NCBI GenBank assembly: GCA_031267055.1
Contig: JAIRZV010000033.1
Location: 1 to 55,238 of the forward strand
DNA: 55,238 bases
DNA from: Candidatus Margulisiibacteriota bacterium
Lineage (GTDB): Bacteria; Margulisbacteria; Termititenacia; Termititenacales; Termititenacaceae
Reading direction: 5' to 3'
The notes beneath the pieces are model-generated. The model was given only the letters and a program-made list of their open reading frames with translations. It had not been told where the DNA came from and made no database searches. Shown here one piece after another: positions 1 to 10,700 of this stretch. The position numbers and the translations under genes are program-made. The first letter of the stretch is position 1; every line of letters starts with the position of its first letter.

Positions 1-29
1 GGTCGTATGTTCGATTCATACCGGGCGCG
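1..29 (+). tRNA. 3' fragment of a tRNA truncated by the window edge; isotype not determinable
   Basis: T-arm GTATG-TTCGATT-CATAC (5-21), then the 7-nt acceptor 3' strand CGGGCGC and a discriminator G. The anticodon lies outside the window. Confidence 0.55.
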
Positions 30-41
30 CATTAATATTGT

Positions 42-118
42 GGTGGGCGTAGCTCAGTTGGTAGAGCGTCAGATTGTGGTTCTGAATGCCGCCGGTTCAA
101 GCCCGGTCGCTCACCCCA
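42..118 (+). tRNA. tRNA-His (anticodon GTG) with encoded G-1 and 3' CCA
   Basis: Hand-folded cloverleaf. Acceptor GTGGGCG/CGCTCAC, with an extra 5' G (pos 42) opposite C115. D-arm GCTC..GAGC. Anticodon stem TCAGA/TCTGA with loop TTGTGGT (GTG at 76-78). T-arm GCCGG-TTCAAGC-CCGGT. CCA at 116-118. Confidence 0.9.
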
Positions 119-133
119 AGAATAAATCAATAT

Positions 134-334
134 TCAGTGTTTTTGCTCGTATTCAGTAGCCAAGTTATGTATTTCGTCTATAGTTTTGTCCTGCCATAGA
201 CCGCGCCGCCATTCAGTGTAATCGAAGTTATCGGTTTTTATCAGAGTGATGAAACGTTCAGTGTCTACTTCTCCGAGTTTATGCAACAATACATCCATAG
301 CCTCTACTCTCAAGGCTGTTTCCGATCTGCCCAT
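134..334 (-). CDS. small (66 aa) hypothetical protein, possible antitoxin-like partner of the upstream PIN protein
   Basis: Its ORF start overlaps the PIN gene stop by 1 nt (TAATG on the minus strand at 336-332). No family recognised by eye. Confidence 0.5.
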   Translation of the reverse strand: MGRSETALRVEAMDVLLHKLGEVDTERFITLIKTDNFDYTEWRRGLWQDKTIDEIHNLATEYEQKH

Positions 335-759
335 TACTCCACCTCTCTTACAAAATCAACAGGATTAATTAATTTAATCCCGTCAATTTTCTTTTTCAAC
401 AGTTTTAAATCAGTTGTAATAAAATAATTACACTTGCTGTGCAAAGCACAGGCAACGTGCAAAGCATCTTTAGACATTATACCCAGTTTTTCGATATTTT
501 TACCTGCTTGTAAAATGCTTGGTGAAGATTTGCAATAATGCTCGGCAATAGTTTTCCATGCTTGAATAGCGTTTTGTTTTTCCTCATATGGATTGTTGCT
601 GTTTTCGTAGTCCAACATGTAAGACCAAACAAGTTCATAAATATTTTGCCGTACAGCGCTCTGAATATGCAATTTTGCGATTGTCTCAAGTTGGATTTTC
701 ATTTGGCTTTGATCATCGAAAGGTCTATTGTAACAACAAATATCCAAATATATTTTCAT
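334..759 (-). CDS. PIN-domain protein (VapC-like ribonuclease toxin candidate)
   Basis: MKIYLDICCYNRPFDD..., later LDYE, SKDALHVA and FITTDLKLLKK give the spaced acidic residues typical of PIN domains. Start moved to the internal ATG at 759 because a TGTTATAAT box sits 6 nt upstream of it. Confidence 0.7.
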   Translation of the reverse strand: MKIYLDICCYNRPFDDQSQMKIQLETIAKLHIQSAVRQNIYELVWSYMLDYENSNNPYEEKQNAIQAWKTIAEHYCKSSPSILQAGKNIEKLGIMSKDALHVACALHSKCNYFITTDLKLLKKKIDGIKLINPVDFVREVE

Positions 760-765
760 GTGTGA

Positions 766-774
766 ATTATAACA
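766..774 (-). promoter_or_regulatory. extended -10 box (TGTTATAAT) 6 nt upstream of the PIN ATG; implies a leaderless mRNA
   Basis: Minus-strand reading of 774..766 is TGTTATAAT. The ATG is at 759. No Shine-Dalgarno lies between them. Confidence 0.4.
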
Positions 775-811
775 TAGCAAAAAAATTGTTTGACTGATGA
801 CTGATGTCAAT

Positions 812-1465
812 TCATATTATTTTAAATATTTGTCTTCTCAAATCACGTATCCCGCACACCCAGTCCGCGCCGGCTTGTTTTAGATAGCTTTCCGGCAGAC
901 TGGTGGTGACGGCCAGACAGCGCATTTGCGCGGCTTTGGCGGAGCGAATGCCCAGCGGCGCGTTTTCGATGACCAGACACTCCGCCGGCCGGAGCGCCAA
1001 TTTTTCCGCGGCGGCCAAATACGGCTCGGGATGCGGTTTGCTGTGCGTGACCATATCACCGCCGACTACGCAGTCAAATAATTTGAGCAGCGGTCTGGAG
1101 ATCAGCCGGGGCATATCGCCGCTCGGCGTGCCGCTGACCAGACCGAGCTGATATTTTTGGGCTTTCAATTCGCGGAGCAGTTCCGGTATGCCGGGCATGA
1201 TGTGCCGCCGGAATATTTTGTGGAATAATTTTTGGCGGTAATTAAAAATTTTCCGCTGAAAGGCCAGGTCGCTGGGCAAACCGTTTTGGGTCAAATAATG
1301 CTTGAGCGTGATTTCCCATTTTTCGCCCTCATGCTCGTAAATATCCTGCGTGCTGACCGTGATGCCGTATTTTTTGAGCGCCTCGTACCAGGCGAAAAAA
1401 TGATAAGGCATGGAGTCGACGATGACGCCGTCCATGTCAAAAAGCAACGCGCGAATTTTTGACAT
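812..1465 (-). CDS. HAD-superfamily hydrolase (beta-phosphoglucomutase/phosphatase-like, subfamily IA)
   Basis: N-terminal LLFDMDGVIVDS (DxDG motif I), SGTPS (motif II-like) and VIENAPLGIRSAKAAQM (motif III/IV region). Confidence 0.85.
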   Translation of the reverse strand: MSKIRALLFDMDGVIVDSMPYHFFAWYEALKKYGITVSTQDIYEHEGEKWEITLKHYLTQNGLPSDLAFQRKIFNYRQKLFHKIFRRHIMPGIPELLRELKAQKYQLGLVSGTPSGDMPRLISRPLLKLFDCVVGGDMVTHSKPHPEPYLAAAEKLALRPAECLVIENAPLGIRSAKAAQMRCLAVTTSLPESYLKQAGADWVCGIRDLRRQIFKII

Positions 1466-1494
1466 GGCTGGCAGTCTAGCATATATTTGAGGCT

Positions 1495-2031
1495 ATGATC
1501 ATCGGTGTCACGGGCATTATTGGCAGCGGCAAGTCCGAAGCGGCGCGTCTGCTGGCGCGGCGTTTTGCCGCGGAATACATCGAGGTGGATGCGGTCGGAC
1601 ATCGCGTGCTGGCCGAGAACAAATTTGTGCGCTGTGGCTTGCGCTTGCTTTTTGGCTCGACGGAGCGGCAGGACATAGCCGGGCAAGTTTTCAAATCTCC
1701 GTTTAAACTTTGGCTTCTAAATGTGCTGACACATCCTTTTATGCGGCGGATTATCCGGCGGCAGATCCGCGCGCGGCAAGAGCATTTCATTATTGACGCG
1801 GCGCTGCTTTATCAAATGGGTCTGGCCAAATACTGCGACAAGGTGCTTTTTATCGACGCGCCGGAAAATTTGCTCTACGAGCGGCTGACGGCCAGAGGGC
1901 TGACCGCCGGTCAGGTCTGGCGGCGGCTGGCGGCCAATCAAAAAGTCTACATATATAAGAAGCGCGCGCACAAACTCATCGTCAACGATGGCTCACTGGC
2001 CGCCCTGCAAAAAAACATAGAAAATTTTTAA
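1495..2031 (+). CDS. coaE: dephospho-CoA kinase
   Basis: MIIGVTGIIGSGKSEAARLL P-loop at the N-terminus. The ~178-aa size and overall layout are typical of CoaE. Confidence 0.9.
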   Translation: MIIGVTGIIGSGKSEAARLLARRFAAEYIEVDAVGHRVLAENKFVRCGLRLLFGSTERQDIAGQVFKSPFKLWLLNVLTHPFMRRIIRRQIRARQEHFIIDAALLYQMGLAKYCDKVLFIDAPENLLYERLTARGLTAGQVWRRLAANQKVYIYKKRAHKLIVNDGSLAALQKNIENF

Positions 2032-2087
2032 AGATAAATTTTACAATTATGGAACGACCGACAGCGGCCTCAAGCCGCGGAGGAAGT

Positions 2088-2109
2088 GCCTGTCGCATTG
2101 GCGACAGGC
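2088..2109 (+). terminator. terminator-like hairpin downstream of coaE
   Basis: Perfect 9-bp stem GCCTGTCGC / GCGACAGGC with loop ATTG, followed by ATATATTT. Confidence 0.4.
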
Positions 2110-2156
2110 ATATATTTCCCGAAACTGGGTATAGGTTTGGACAAGAGAGGTGTTTT

Positions 2157-2930
2157 ATGGCTGGCGGTACTATAGAAGACAGCGTTATTGCCAAATTAAA
2201 ACTTGATGAATTGCAGCCCGAGGAAAAACCGGCGGCTTTGCTGGCTTATTTTAATTCCGTCATTACCGGCAAGATCCGCACTAGTCCGATCGAGTTGAAA
2301 GCCGTGCTCGGGCTGCTCTGTACTTACAAAGACCTGGACAAAAAAAGAGAGGCGGTCGCTTATCTCAACACGCATCAAATCTCGATCGAGCATTTTTTCA
2401 GCGACAATATGCAGCGTTTTGACCGCTTTGAATTCAAGCCGTATTTTCTGCGGCTCAAAGGCATCGAGCCCGGCCGCGAGTTTGCCGTGCCGGTCAATGC
2501 GCGGCGCAATTTTGAGAATATTCAGCCGCTAAACACCAAGCTGTACAAAGACCTGCTGGAAAGCGATCAGCAGACGCTGCAGCTCAAAAAAGCCGCGTTG
2601 CAAAAAATCGACCTGCAGGCTATTGCCGCGCGCCGCGTCGAAGAGAGCCGCAAGATCACTGATGCGCTCAATCAGCTCCGGCTGCGCGTAGACAAAGACT
2701 TGCAGTCCGGCGCCGCGACCAAAGAGCAGGTTTTGACCAAACTGCGTTTTGTCGAAGAGCTTTATTTGCCGGAATTGCAGCTGCGCCACAATGAGCCGGC
2801 TTTGCAAAAATTGGCCGAAATGCTTTTTGCCGGTGCGGAGCAGACAGTAGTTGACGAAGTGTTCGGCTCTTTGAAAATGCCGCAAAAACAACGCGAGGCT
2901 TTTTGCGAGACGCTGGCCAAGAAAATTTAG
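2157..2930 (+). CDS. hypothetical protein (257 aa, predicted helical, no recognisable family)
   Basis: Long ORF 2049-2930. The start at 2157 is preferred because AGAGAGGTG lies 5 nt upstream. High-GC coding-like composition. The stop is 12 nt before the next gene. Confidence 0.6.
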   Translation: MAGGTIEDSVIAKLKLDELQPEEKPAALLAYFNSVITGKIRTSPIELKAVLGLLCTYKDLDKKREAVAYLNTHQISIEHFFSDNMQRFDRFEFKPYFLRLKGIEPGREFAVPVNARRNFENIQPLNTKLYKDLLESDQQTLQLKKAALQKIDLQAIAARRVEESRKITDALNQLRLRVDKDLQSGAATKEQVLTKLRFVEELYLPELQLRHNEPALQKLAEMLFAGAEQTVVDEVFGSLKMPQKQREAFCETLAKKI

Positions 2931-2942
2931 AAAAGGAGAATC

Positions 2943-4559
2943 ATGCCGCAAGGTGAAGTAATTGAGGATTTTTTCACCAGCGCAGCTGGCGCGAAGGCGA
3001 ACAGCGCAGCTGGCGCGAAAGCGGGCAGCGCAGCTGGCGCGAAAGCAGGTGGCGCAGCTGGCGCGAAAGCAGGTGGCGCGGCGGATGGCGAAGCTCCGGC
3101 AGACGGCACGATTCCCGTGCTGCCCAAAGATTTACTGCCGCCGGTCAGCAACACTGCGGCCGCGGTGCTCGATACCGGCGCTTTTTTTGCCAATACCGCG
3201 GAAGAATTGCGCCAGCACAAATCAACGCGCGCGGCGCATCAGCGTTTGGGGCGCAAGTCCGGCGAATTGGCGCGGACGATTTTCGGCGAGTTTGTCGACA
3301 GTCGCGACGCGGCACAGACGCGCCGCGCCGCGCGCCACACGTATCTATTACTGCGGCAGGGCGGCCTCAAAGAAGCGGCCGCTCAATTCAAAATCATGCC
3401 GGATGATCTGCAGGAGGAAATTTTTTTTATTTTGCTCGACGCGGAGTCCGGTTATGACTTGCGGCCGCTGCGCGCAGCTCTGGGGCAGCTGGCACGCGGC
3501 GCGCGGATCTCGACGGAGCTGAAAACACGCGCGGCGGAAATTTTAAAAGACGGCAAACAGGGTTATTTGGCCGAATTGACGGCCAGTCTCCGCGGCTCGC
3601 TGCGCGCTGTCGCCGAACAGCTCGACAATGTTTCTTTGCCGTCCACCAGGCCGGAATTCAAAAAAATGGAAAAAGATATTTACCGCCTCAAAGACGCCGC
3701 GCTGAACGCCGCTTATGCCGCGCTGGACGAACGCTTCGCCGCTTTTTCCGGCCTGATCGCGGAAAATCAAAAATTATTTCTGGAGCGGCAGATCGGCTTG
3801 AAAGAATTTGCCTTTTATTTGGATGCCGCGGCGCTCGCGCTGGACAATGTTTGTGATGATTTTTATGCGCGACTGTCCGCTTCCAATACGACGCGCGGCG
3901 CGGATTTTAGTTTGCTGAAAGACGCTGTGCTGGCCGAGCAAGCCAAAAGATATTCCGCTCTGGCCGCGTTGCTGCGGCGAGAATACGAGCAAAGTGGCGG
4001 CACACTGGTGCTTAAATTAAAATCCGACGCTTATTTTTTGGTCAATGCCGCGCTGAGCAGTTTGGATGCCGTGCCTTTGAGCGTCTTGTTTTGCGATCTG
4101 GAAGCGGAGGCCGCGCCGCTGAATATTCCGGCTGATCTGAATTTTTTGGACGGCTGCTATGAGTACAGCAGCCGGTACAAAAGCGGCACGGCGATCGCTT
4201 TTGATGTGATCGTCAAGCTGATCCGGCAGGACGCCCGAGCGGTCAGCCAGTGGGACAAAACTAAAATTGACGAGCTGCGCAGGCTGGCAGAGTTTTACGC
4301 GCAGGCCAGAACCGCGTTGCAGGATTTTGCCAAAAAACTGGAAAACAGCAGAGAGATCAAAAAGATGGATCTGGCGCAACTGCTTATTAATATGGGCGCG
4401 CGTTTTTTGCAGGACCTCGGCAAGGCGCTAAAAAGTTTAAATAAAAACGCGGCTGTGCAGGAGACGCTGGCGCAATATCGTTTTCTGCTGGAAGACACAC
4501 GCTGGTTGCAAAATATCGGTTTGTTTTGTCAGTATTCCTTAACACATACACGGCATTGA
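2943..4559 (+). CDS. hypothetical protein (538 aa) with an N-terminal AAGAKA low-complexity repeat; no recognisable family
   Basis: Uninterrupted 1.6-kb ORF with AAGGAGA 5 nt upstream of the ATG. Ala/Leu/Glu/Arg-rich sequence with a helical-looking composition. Confidence 0.7.
   Translation: MPQGEVIEDFFTSAAGAKANSAAGAKAGSAAGAKAGGAAGAKAGGAADGEAPADGTIPVLPKDLLPPVSNTAAAVLDTGAFFANTAEELRQHKSTRAAHQRLGRKSGELARTIFGEFVDSRDAAQTRRAARHTYLLLRQGGLKEAAAQFKIMPDDLQEEIFFILLDAESGYDLRPLRAALGQLARGARISTELKTRAAEILKDGKQGYLAELTASLRGSLRAVAEQLDNVSLPSTRPEFKKMEKDIYRLKDAALNAAYAALDERFAAFSGLIAENQKLFLERQIGLKEFAFYLDAAALALDNVCDDFYARLSASNTTRGADFSLLKDAVLAEQAKRYSALAALLRREYEQSGGTLVLKLKSDAYFLVNAALSSLDAVPLSVLFCDLEAEAAPLNIPADLNFLDGCYEYSSRYKSGTAIAFDVIVKLIRQDARAVSQWDKTKIDELRRLAEFYAQARTALQDFAKKLENSREIKKMDLAQLLINMGARFLQDLGKALKSLNKNAAVQETLAQYRFLLEDTRWLQNIGLFCQYSLTHTRH
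2979..3074 (+). repeat. 4 x 24-bp in-frame tandem repeat (AGCGCAGCTGGCGCGAAAGCnGGn) encoding (S/G)AAGAKA(N/G)
   Basis: Read directly: units at 2979-3002, 3003-3026, 3027-3050 and 3051-3074, differing at 1-4 positions. Confidence 0.9.
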
Positions 4560-4718
4560 CATTTTTTTGTGTTTTTAATAATATGAAATATAAACTGCCT
4601 ATGACTGTTAAGTAAGAATTAAGGGGAAAATCCATACAACAAAAAAAATCGATACATTTTTTGCATATTTGCCGTCGATAAGTGTCTGTATATAGAAACT
4701 ATGCGGGGGAAACTGTCC

Positions 4719-4799
4719 ATGCTAAATAAAATAAAAACGCTGTTCGGCGCATGTGTTTTTCTGCTGGGGATAACAGCGTTTCTGTCGGCCGCCGGTTCT
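4719..4799 (+). other. Sec-type signal peptide of the giant protein
   Basis: Basic n-region (KIK), hydrophobic core LFGACVFLLGITAFL, and an SAAG-type cleavage region. Confidence 0.7.
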
Positions 4800-7700
4800 T
4801 ATCTGGAGACGGAAAACAATCTCTACGATATTCCAATAATGACACAAGAAGGTAATCCTACTGTCGACACCAAATTGACGATCGGCAAGCATGTTTTTTC
4901 CGGAGCTATTAAGCAGGGCAGTAATAATCCTTTTTTAAACAATAGCGGTGGCAACCATAGGGTCTATACACCAGCCGCCTATAACGTGATGTCCACTGAT
5001 TCAAACAAGAATTACATTATACCTAGTGGCGAAAACTATATTCATGGTAGTGGCCAGGGCGAACAGCGTTATGAGATGAGGAGACCGAATTATTCTACTT
5101 CCGAAAAATTGCTGCCCGGTTTTCCCGCCATGGCGAAAAATATGGTTGCGAAAAAAGATGACAGCATCTTTGATGTTTACCCGGGCACGGCCAATATTAT
5201 CAATCACACAGACTTTAAAATTTCTTTCAAAATATACGCTACGCTTACAGTAACTGATAACGGTAATCTATCAGATTTTCAGCCGGGTAATACAAATAAA
5301 TATGCATTTACAACGCCGTATATGAACCTGGCGAGTTTGAACGTTATCATCCAGGAGACGCCTCCGGGTAATAGCACCACAAGCACTAATGTATGGACTT
5401 TTGACAAAATTATGAGTGGAAACATCATCCTAAGAAGAGAAAAAACAAGGGTTAGTCTGGGTGGTTATACGGCAGATGCTGAGGTGTGGACTACTACACC
5501 TTTTGTTATTCCGGGACTCCGTGACAATCTGGCTTACGGTTTTGATTTTTTTAGAGAAGGCGAAATGGAGTCCGGAACAACGGTGTACTTTGAAGTTCAA
5601 GTTCCCCGGGCAGGAGATCCTAACAATTACAGCCAGTATTCGCATACATATATAACAGCAGGAGTGCCTTTTTTAGATAATATCGTTTCCAAAAATACGG
5701 AAACCGGAATGAGCGACGACATTAGTAATGAAGTTTTGCACTCGCAGCTCTACGGCTGGACAGCGGACGGTGGCAAAGATATCAATGGCGACGGTTTTCC
5801 GGATCTGATCGTCGGCGACCCGTATTATAAATACACCAATGCGAGCAACGGCAGCAAGCAAACCGGCCGTGTCTATGTTTATTTCGGCGGGCCGGACAAG
5901 ATCCTGGACAGCATCAAAGATCTGCCGTCGCCGGATATTATTATAGAGGATAGGCCGACCATCGCCGTCGGATCGCGCGACCGCGAATTTGGCTACAAAG
6001 TAAAACTGGCGGATATCAATAATGACGGTTTTGCCGATATCCTAGTCGGCCAGCCTTCTTATGCCACAGACTCGCTAAGTATCAATCAGGGACGCATCCT
6101 GATCTATTACGGCGGCAAATGGTCCAGAGACGGCAAGCCGCATATGAATATTACCGACAAGAACATGATCGTTAGTCCGTCGATCATTATTAATTCGGAT
6201 AAAGACATTCTATCCACCGGCGATCCTTACAGGGATCCTCTTTTTGGCGCGGTTTTTGATGTGGGCGACATTAACGGTGACGGTTATGCCGATATTGTAG
6301 CCAAGATCGGCAACGACGTCGATTATAAGAACAATTTTATCTACGTGATCTCCGGCCAGGAGATTTCCAGCGGGACGAATGCTGATCTATCGCGTCTGAC
6401 TAAACATGTTGACCTTAAAAATAATCTACAAAGGTCCTCTATTTATGCCGTAGCCGAATCCGAGGTGGCCATAATCGGCGACATGAACAAAGACGGGATC
6501 AATGATTTTGCGGTTTCTTATCCGCGGCTGGACGAGGGCTATTCCCAGAGTTACAGCGATGTGCGTGTGTTTTATGGCCGTAAAGGAGTTTTGGATCATG
6601 GCGGTAGCTATGGCTATACAAATCCCAATATTTTGCTGATGGATAAAAGCGAGAACAATGATTATTTCGGCATTTCTCTGGCTGGCGGCGATATCAACCG
6701 CGATGGCTGTGCGGATTTGATCATTGGCAAATTGACGACAAGTGCTGATAAGAACACCGGCAAAGTTGTGGTGTTGCTCGGTCAGGAGGGCGTTAACAAG
6801 GCTAATTATACTTACAATGGAGACGATCCCAATCAGACTTCCGGCGGTGTTTTCGCGATCAGCGATCCTCTGCAGCCTGATCCCGCCGCCAAAGAAACCG
6901 CTTCGCAGTTTGGTTTAAAAGTGGCGGTCGCGGATGTCAATAATGACAGTTATGACGATATCTTGATCGGCGCGCCGTATTATGGCGGGTCCGAGATAGG
7001 CGCGGTGTATCTGGTACTGGGTACGGGCATCGAGGCGACCCAGAAAATCCAGGATAATCATTTTCATAAATTTGTGATCACCGGTCGCGAAGCCCACGCG
7101 CATTATGGTATGACCATCGCTAATCTGGGTGATTTCAATCAGAACGGCTACAACGATATTTTGATCGGCGCGCCGGGGTTTTATGGCGACAGTTTTTTCC
7201 GCGGCTATCCAATGGCTAGCGGCGACAAAAATTACATGACGGAGCACAACATCGATATTTTTTCCAATACCAAAGGCATAGACAACGCGCTGCCGGGGAT
7301 TTTATTGGTCTCAGCCAATCCTCAAGACCAGGAGATCGCCTGGAATGAGAGTATCAATACTATAAATCTCGTCTTGTTTGACCGCGGCAAGGCCGGTCTG
7401 GAATTCAGCAGTATCCAGGTGGAGTTGTATGACCCCGCCACAGATCGTATCGTGGCTACGCTCCTAAATAGCGCCATGGAACGCGGTATCCCCAACGGTC
7501 AGTCGGAGCGGGGCAGTGACTATGATCTGAAAAGTTTATGGCTGTCTTCCGGCAACTATAATGATATAGGTATAGGCCTCCCGAGACATTTCGACGATTT
7601 TTATAGCTATTATTCTGGTGGAAATGGTTATAACGAACGTATAGCTTCAGAGACTATAGGCTCACAGATACTCTATCGCTACAATCAAACGCCGCGTTTT

Positions 7701-10700
7701 ATCGGCCTGCAGTTTAAGCTGATACCAGGTAAAAATATATTTGCGGACAGCAAAGATTATCAATTGCGTGTCAAAGTCGCCGACCGCGGCGGTTTGACGG
7801 ATATCTCGCAATTTGACGAGTACCGGTTGAGCAAATTTGTTTTGAACATGTCGACGAATGAGCCTACGTTCGCTTCCGTGTCGCACAATTACAGATCTAG
7901 CGAGACTTCCGGTAATCCAGGTACTGATCCCATAGTTGAACCGGGCACACTTATCAAAGTGAGGGATATGAATTTTGACGGCCTGGATGATTTTGTGGTC
8001 GCTTATCCGAACTGGAGTGGCGTCAGTAATGATAGTAATACTAATACCGAATGGTACAACGGCAAAGTCACGCTCTTATATGGCTCCGCGGCGCCGGATT
8101 TTACCGGCTCAACTAACGCCACCTGGTTTTATGGCGCGAAGGATGGCGAAACTAATACAAGTCCATTTGACTTTGGTGCCAGTGTGGCTTCCGCGCGGCT
8201 GAATATGGGCCAGACAGAGCTGGTCAATGTTTTGCTGATCGGTTCTAACACCGGTTTTTATCCGGTCATAGCGGACCCTCTGCTGCCCAACACTACTAGA
8301 ACGAGCCAGGAGATGCTGGGTACATTTGTCGAATTCAATACGATGCAGGAGGGCGATGTCAACGCTCTCAATGCAAATAACCATCTGGGCAAGATGATAG
8401 TGCTAAACAGCGGCTCCGACGCGACCCCCGACCTGATCGCCGTGATGAATAAAACCGCCACACATTACCAGCTCATAGCGAATTCAGGAATAGGGTCGTA
8501 TACGAAAGGTAATTGGCTACCTATTGATGGTGGTGATATAGGCAAATCACTTGGAGGTGAGGCCGGCGCCACTGCCAACGCGGTCCAAATGATCGCCGCC
8601 AGGATCAACAACACAGACACTTACCCGTCGTTGGTCTTTGGTCTGCCCCATAAAGATAAAGTGATCATTCACCATATTTTGGACGAGGTTGATGTTAGTG
8701 AAAATAAAAAAAGTAGTGGGATCGTAATTAGCAGTTCGGCGGCGAGTATAAATTTTGGCGCTTCTTTGGCGGCCGGTTATTTTGACGTTAAATTAAATGT
8801 CAGCGGCAATCCCGTGGACAATAGCTCCGACCCTAATAAACCATCTGTGCAGAGTCTGGCGATCGGCGCGCCGAAGGCCAAGCGCAGCCAAGCTGACACA
8901 GGAGGCACCGGTTATGTTCTGGTTATCCATGGTGATAAACTCCAAACGATGGACATTACCGCCAAGGATGGTATGGAAAAGCTCGGAACACAAAATGTGA
9001 ATTATTATTTGCGTTACGGCGAACAATTAGGCAGCAATTTTGGCTCCAGCCTGGTCGCGCTCAAGTACATGGCCTCGCCGGAACATCTGGCCGGATATGA
9101 GGGTAGTCTGAACAGACCTTATCACGACGATTATGACGATCTGGCGGTCGGCGCTCCGGAGTACAAAATGGACGGCGAGACGAATGGTAAAGTGTATATT
9201 TACCGCGGGGGAGAAAAATTTCCGACAGTCGCCAGCACGGCCTATGCGAGAAAAGACAGGACGAATCTGGGCACAGCTCTGGCCAATGTGGGCGATGTGC
9301 AAAATGTCCGGGCGGAATTTTTGGCGATCTATTCTACTAATAATGGTGATCCTAAGTCGCTGGATTATTTGCGCACCAATACCATGCTGGATACCGAGCC
9401 GCCGGTCGTGATAAGCATGTTCCCGGAGAACAATCAATACGAAGTGACGCTGGACCAGAAGATCAGGTTTACGGTCGAGGATATTTCCGGCGTTAATTCG
9501 AATCAACTTAATATTACCCGCGTCATAGAAGGCCGAGATGTAGCGGTGGTCAGAAGCGGGGTCATAGTGGGTGGACAGCAGTCTATCAATGGCGGCAAAA
9601 ACTTCGATCTGCAGGTCTGGGATGTGACTGACCTCGACAACCCTAGCCTACTGGTAGGCAATGCCGCGCTGAACGTGATGCCGAAACGCGTCAGATATGT
9701 CGTGAGCCTGAATAATTGCAATTGGAATCCCTCGGAAGTAGTGGAACTCAAAATCACGGTTGGCGACGGACGCATGATCTTCACCACCAACGCCGACGGC
9801 ACAGTGCGGCAAAGACTGTCCCCGCTGGTCAGAGAGTTTAACTATGGTTTTATCGCTAAATATGACGCCAATGACGCAATTAAAACCAAAGAAATCTTTG
9901 GTAGCAGAGAGACCAACACTTATTTTGGCTCGTCCATAGCTTATGTGGGCGATGTCAATAAAGACGGGTATCCGGACTTTGTCGTGGGTGAGTACGGCAA
10001 CAATAGTTACGGCTGGATGTCCGGCAAAGCCTATCTTTTCCTCGGTGATAAAGATATTGACAATATGACCGAGCCGGCCGCGGAATTTACTCTGCAGGTG
10101 GGCAGTAACTCCAGTCGTTTTGACGCCAATTCCGCCAAATTTGGCTGGCGCGTGGCTCCGGCCGGCGACATCAATGGCGACGGCTACGACGATGTGGCGG
10201 TCATGGCGGTGAATTCTTCCACCTCGGGTGGCGAAGTGTTTGTGCTTTTTGGCAATCCTGATCCGCGTATAGTGGGCAAAGGCGGACTGAAAACAGAAAG
10301 AGACCGCATTTATCAGGTCGCACCGGCGCCAAAATCATTCCCGTGGGACAGCGACTATATCAGCTATCATGCCGTGTCGATCCGCGCCGCCGCCAATGCC
10401 AGCGGACCGGACGGACTGGGCTACGGCCTGTACGGCGGCGGTGATCTCAACGGCGATGGTTATGACGACCTACTGATCGGCGCGCCGTACCATGACGAAA
10501 AAGACATAAAAGCGGCCGGTCGGGTTTACGTGCTTTACGGCGGAAATGGCCTGCTCGATATTCACGCGCGCAAATCTTATAAATACAGCAGCGTGGCCTC
10601 TAGTTATGCCGGCCCATTGATGCTGGACAATGTCATCTACGACGCGACGCAGCCGAATAGCGGCGCGAATTCTTTTGTACCCCAAGCTTTTCCGGTCGGT

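Noticed and set aside
119-133. Looked for a direct repeat of the tRNA-His 3' end near 790-811 that would delimit the PIN islet. Only TGACTGATGACTGATG was seen there.
   Set aside because: No match to the tRNA 3' segment, so island borders cannot be defined from this window.
2979-3074. Possible CRISPR-like array, because of regularly repeated 24-mers.
   Set aside because: The units are directly abutting with no spacers, in frame inside a CDS, and no cas genes are present. It is a coding tandem repeat.
2927-3522. ORFs 2962-3522 (+) and 2927-3220 (-) with ARK/APAAF repeat peptides.
   Set aside because: They are alternative-frame readings of the 24-bp tandem repeat and the GC-rich sequence of the 2943-4559 gene. 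The repeat periodicity produces open frames in all phases.
4560-4718. Promoter for the giant gene (TTGCAT ... TATATA around 4660-4695).
   Set aside because: Spacing between the candidate -35 and -10 hexamers is about 22 nt. Several AT-rich alternatives exist and none can be chosen without mapping the transcription start.
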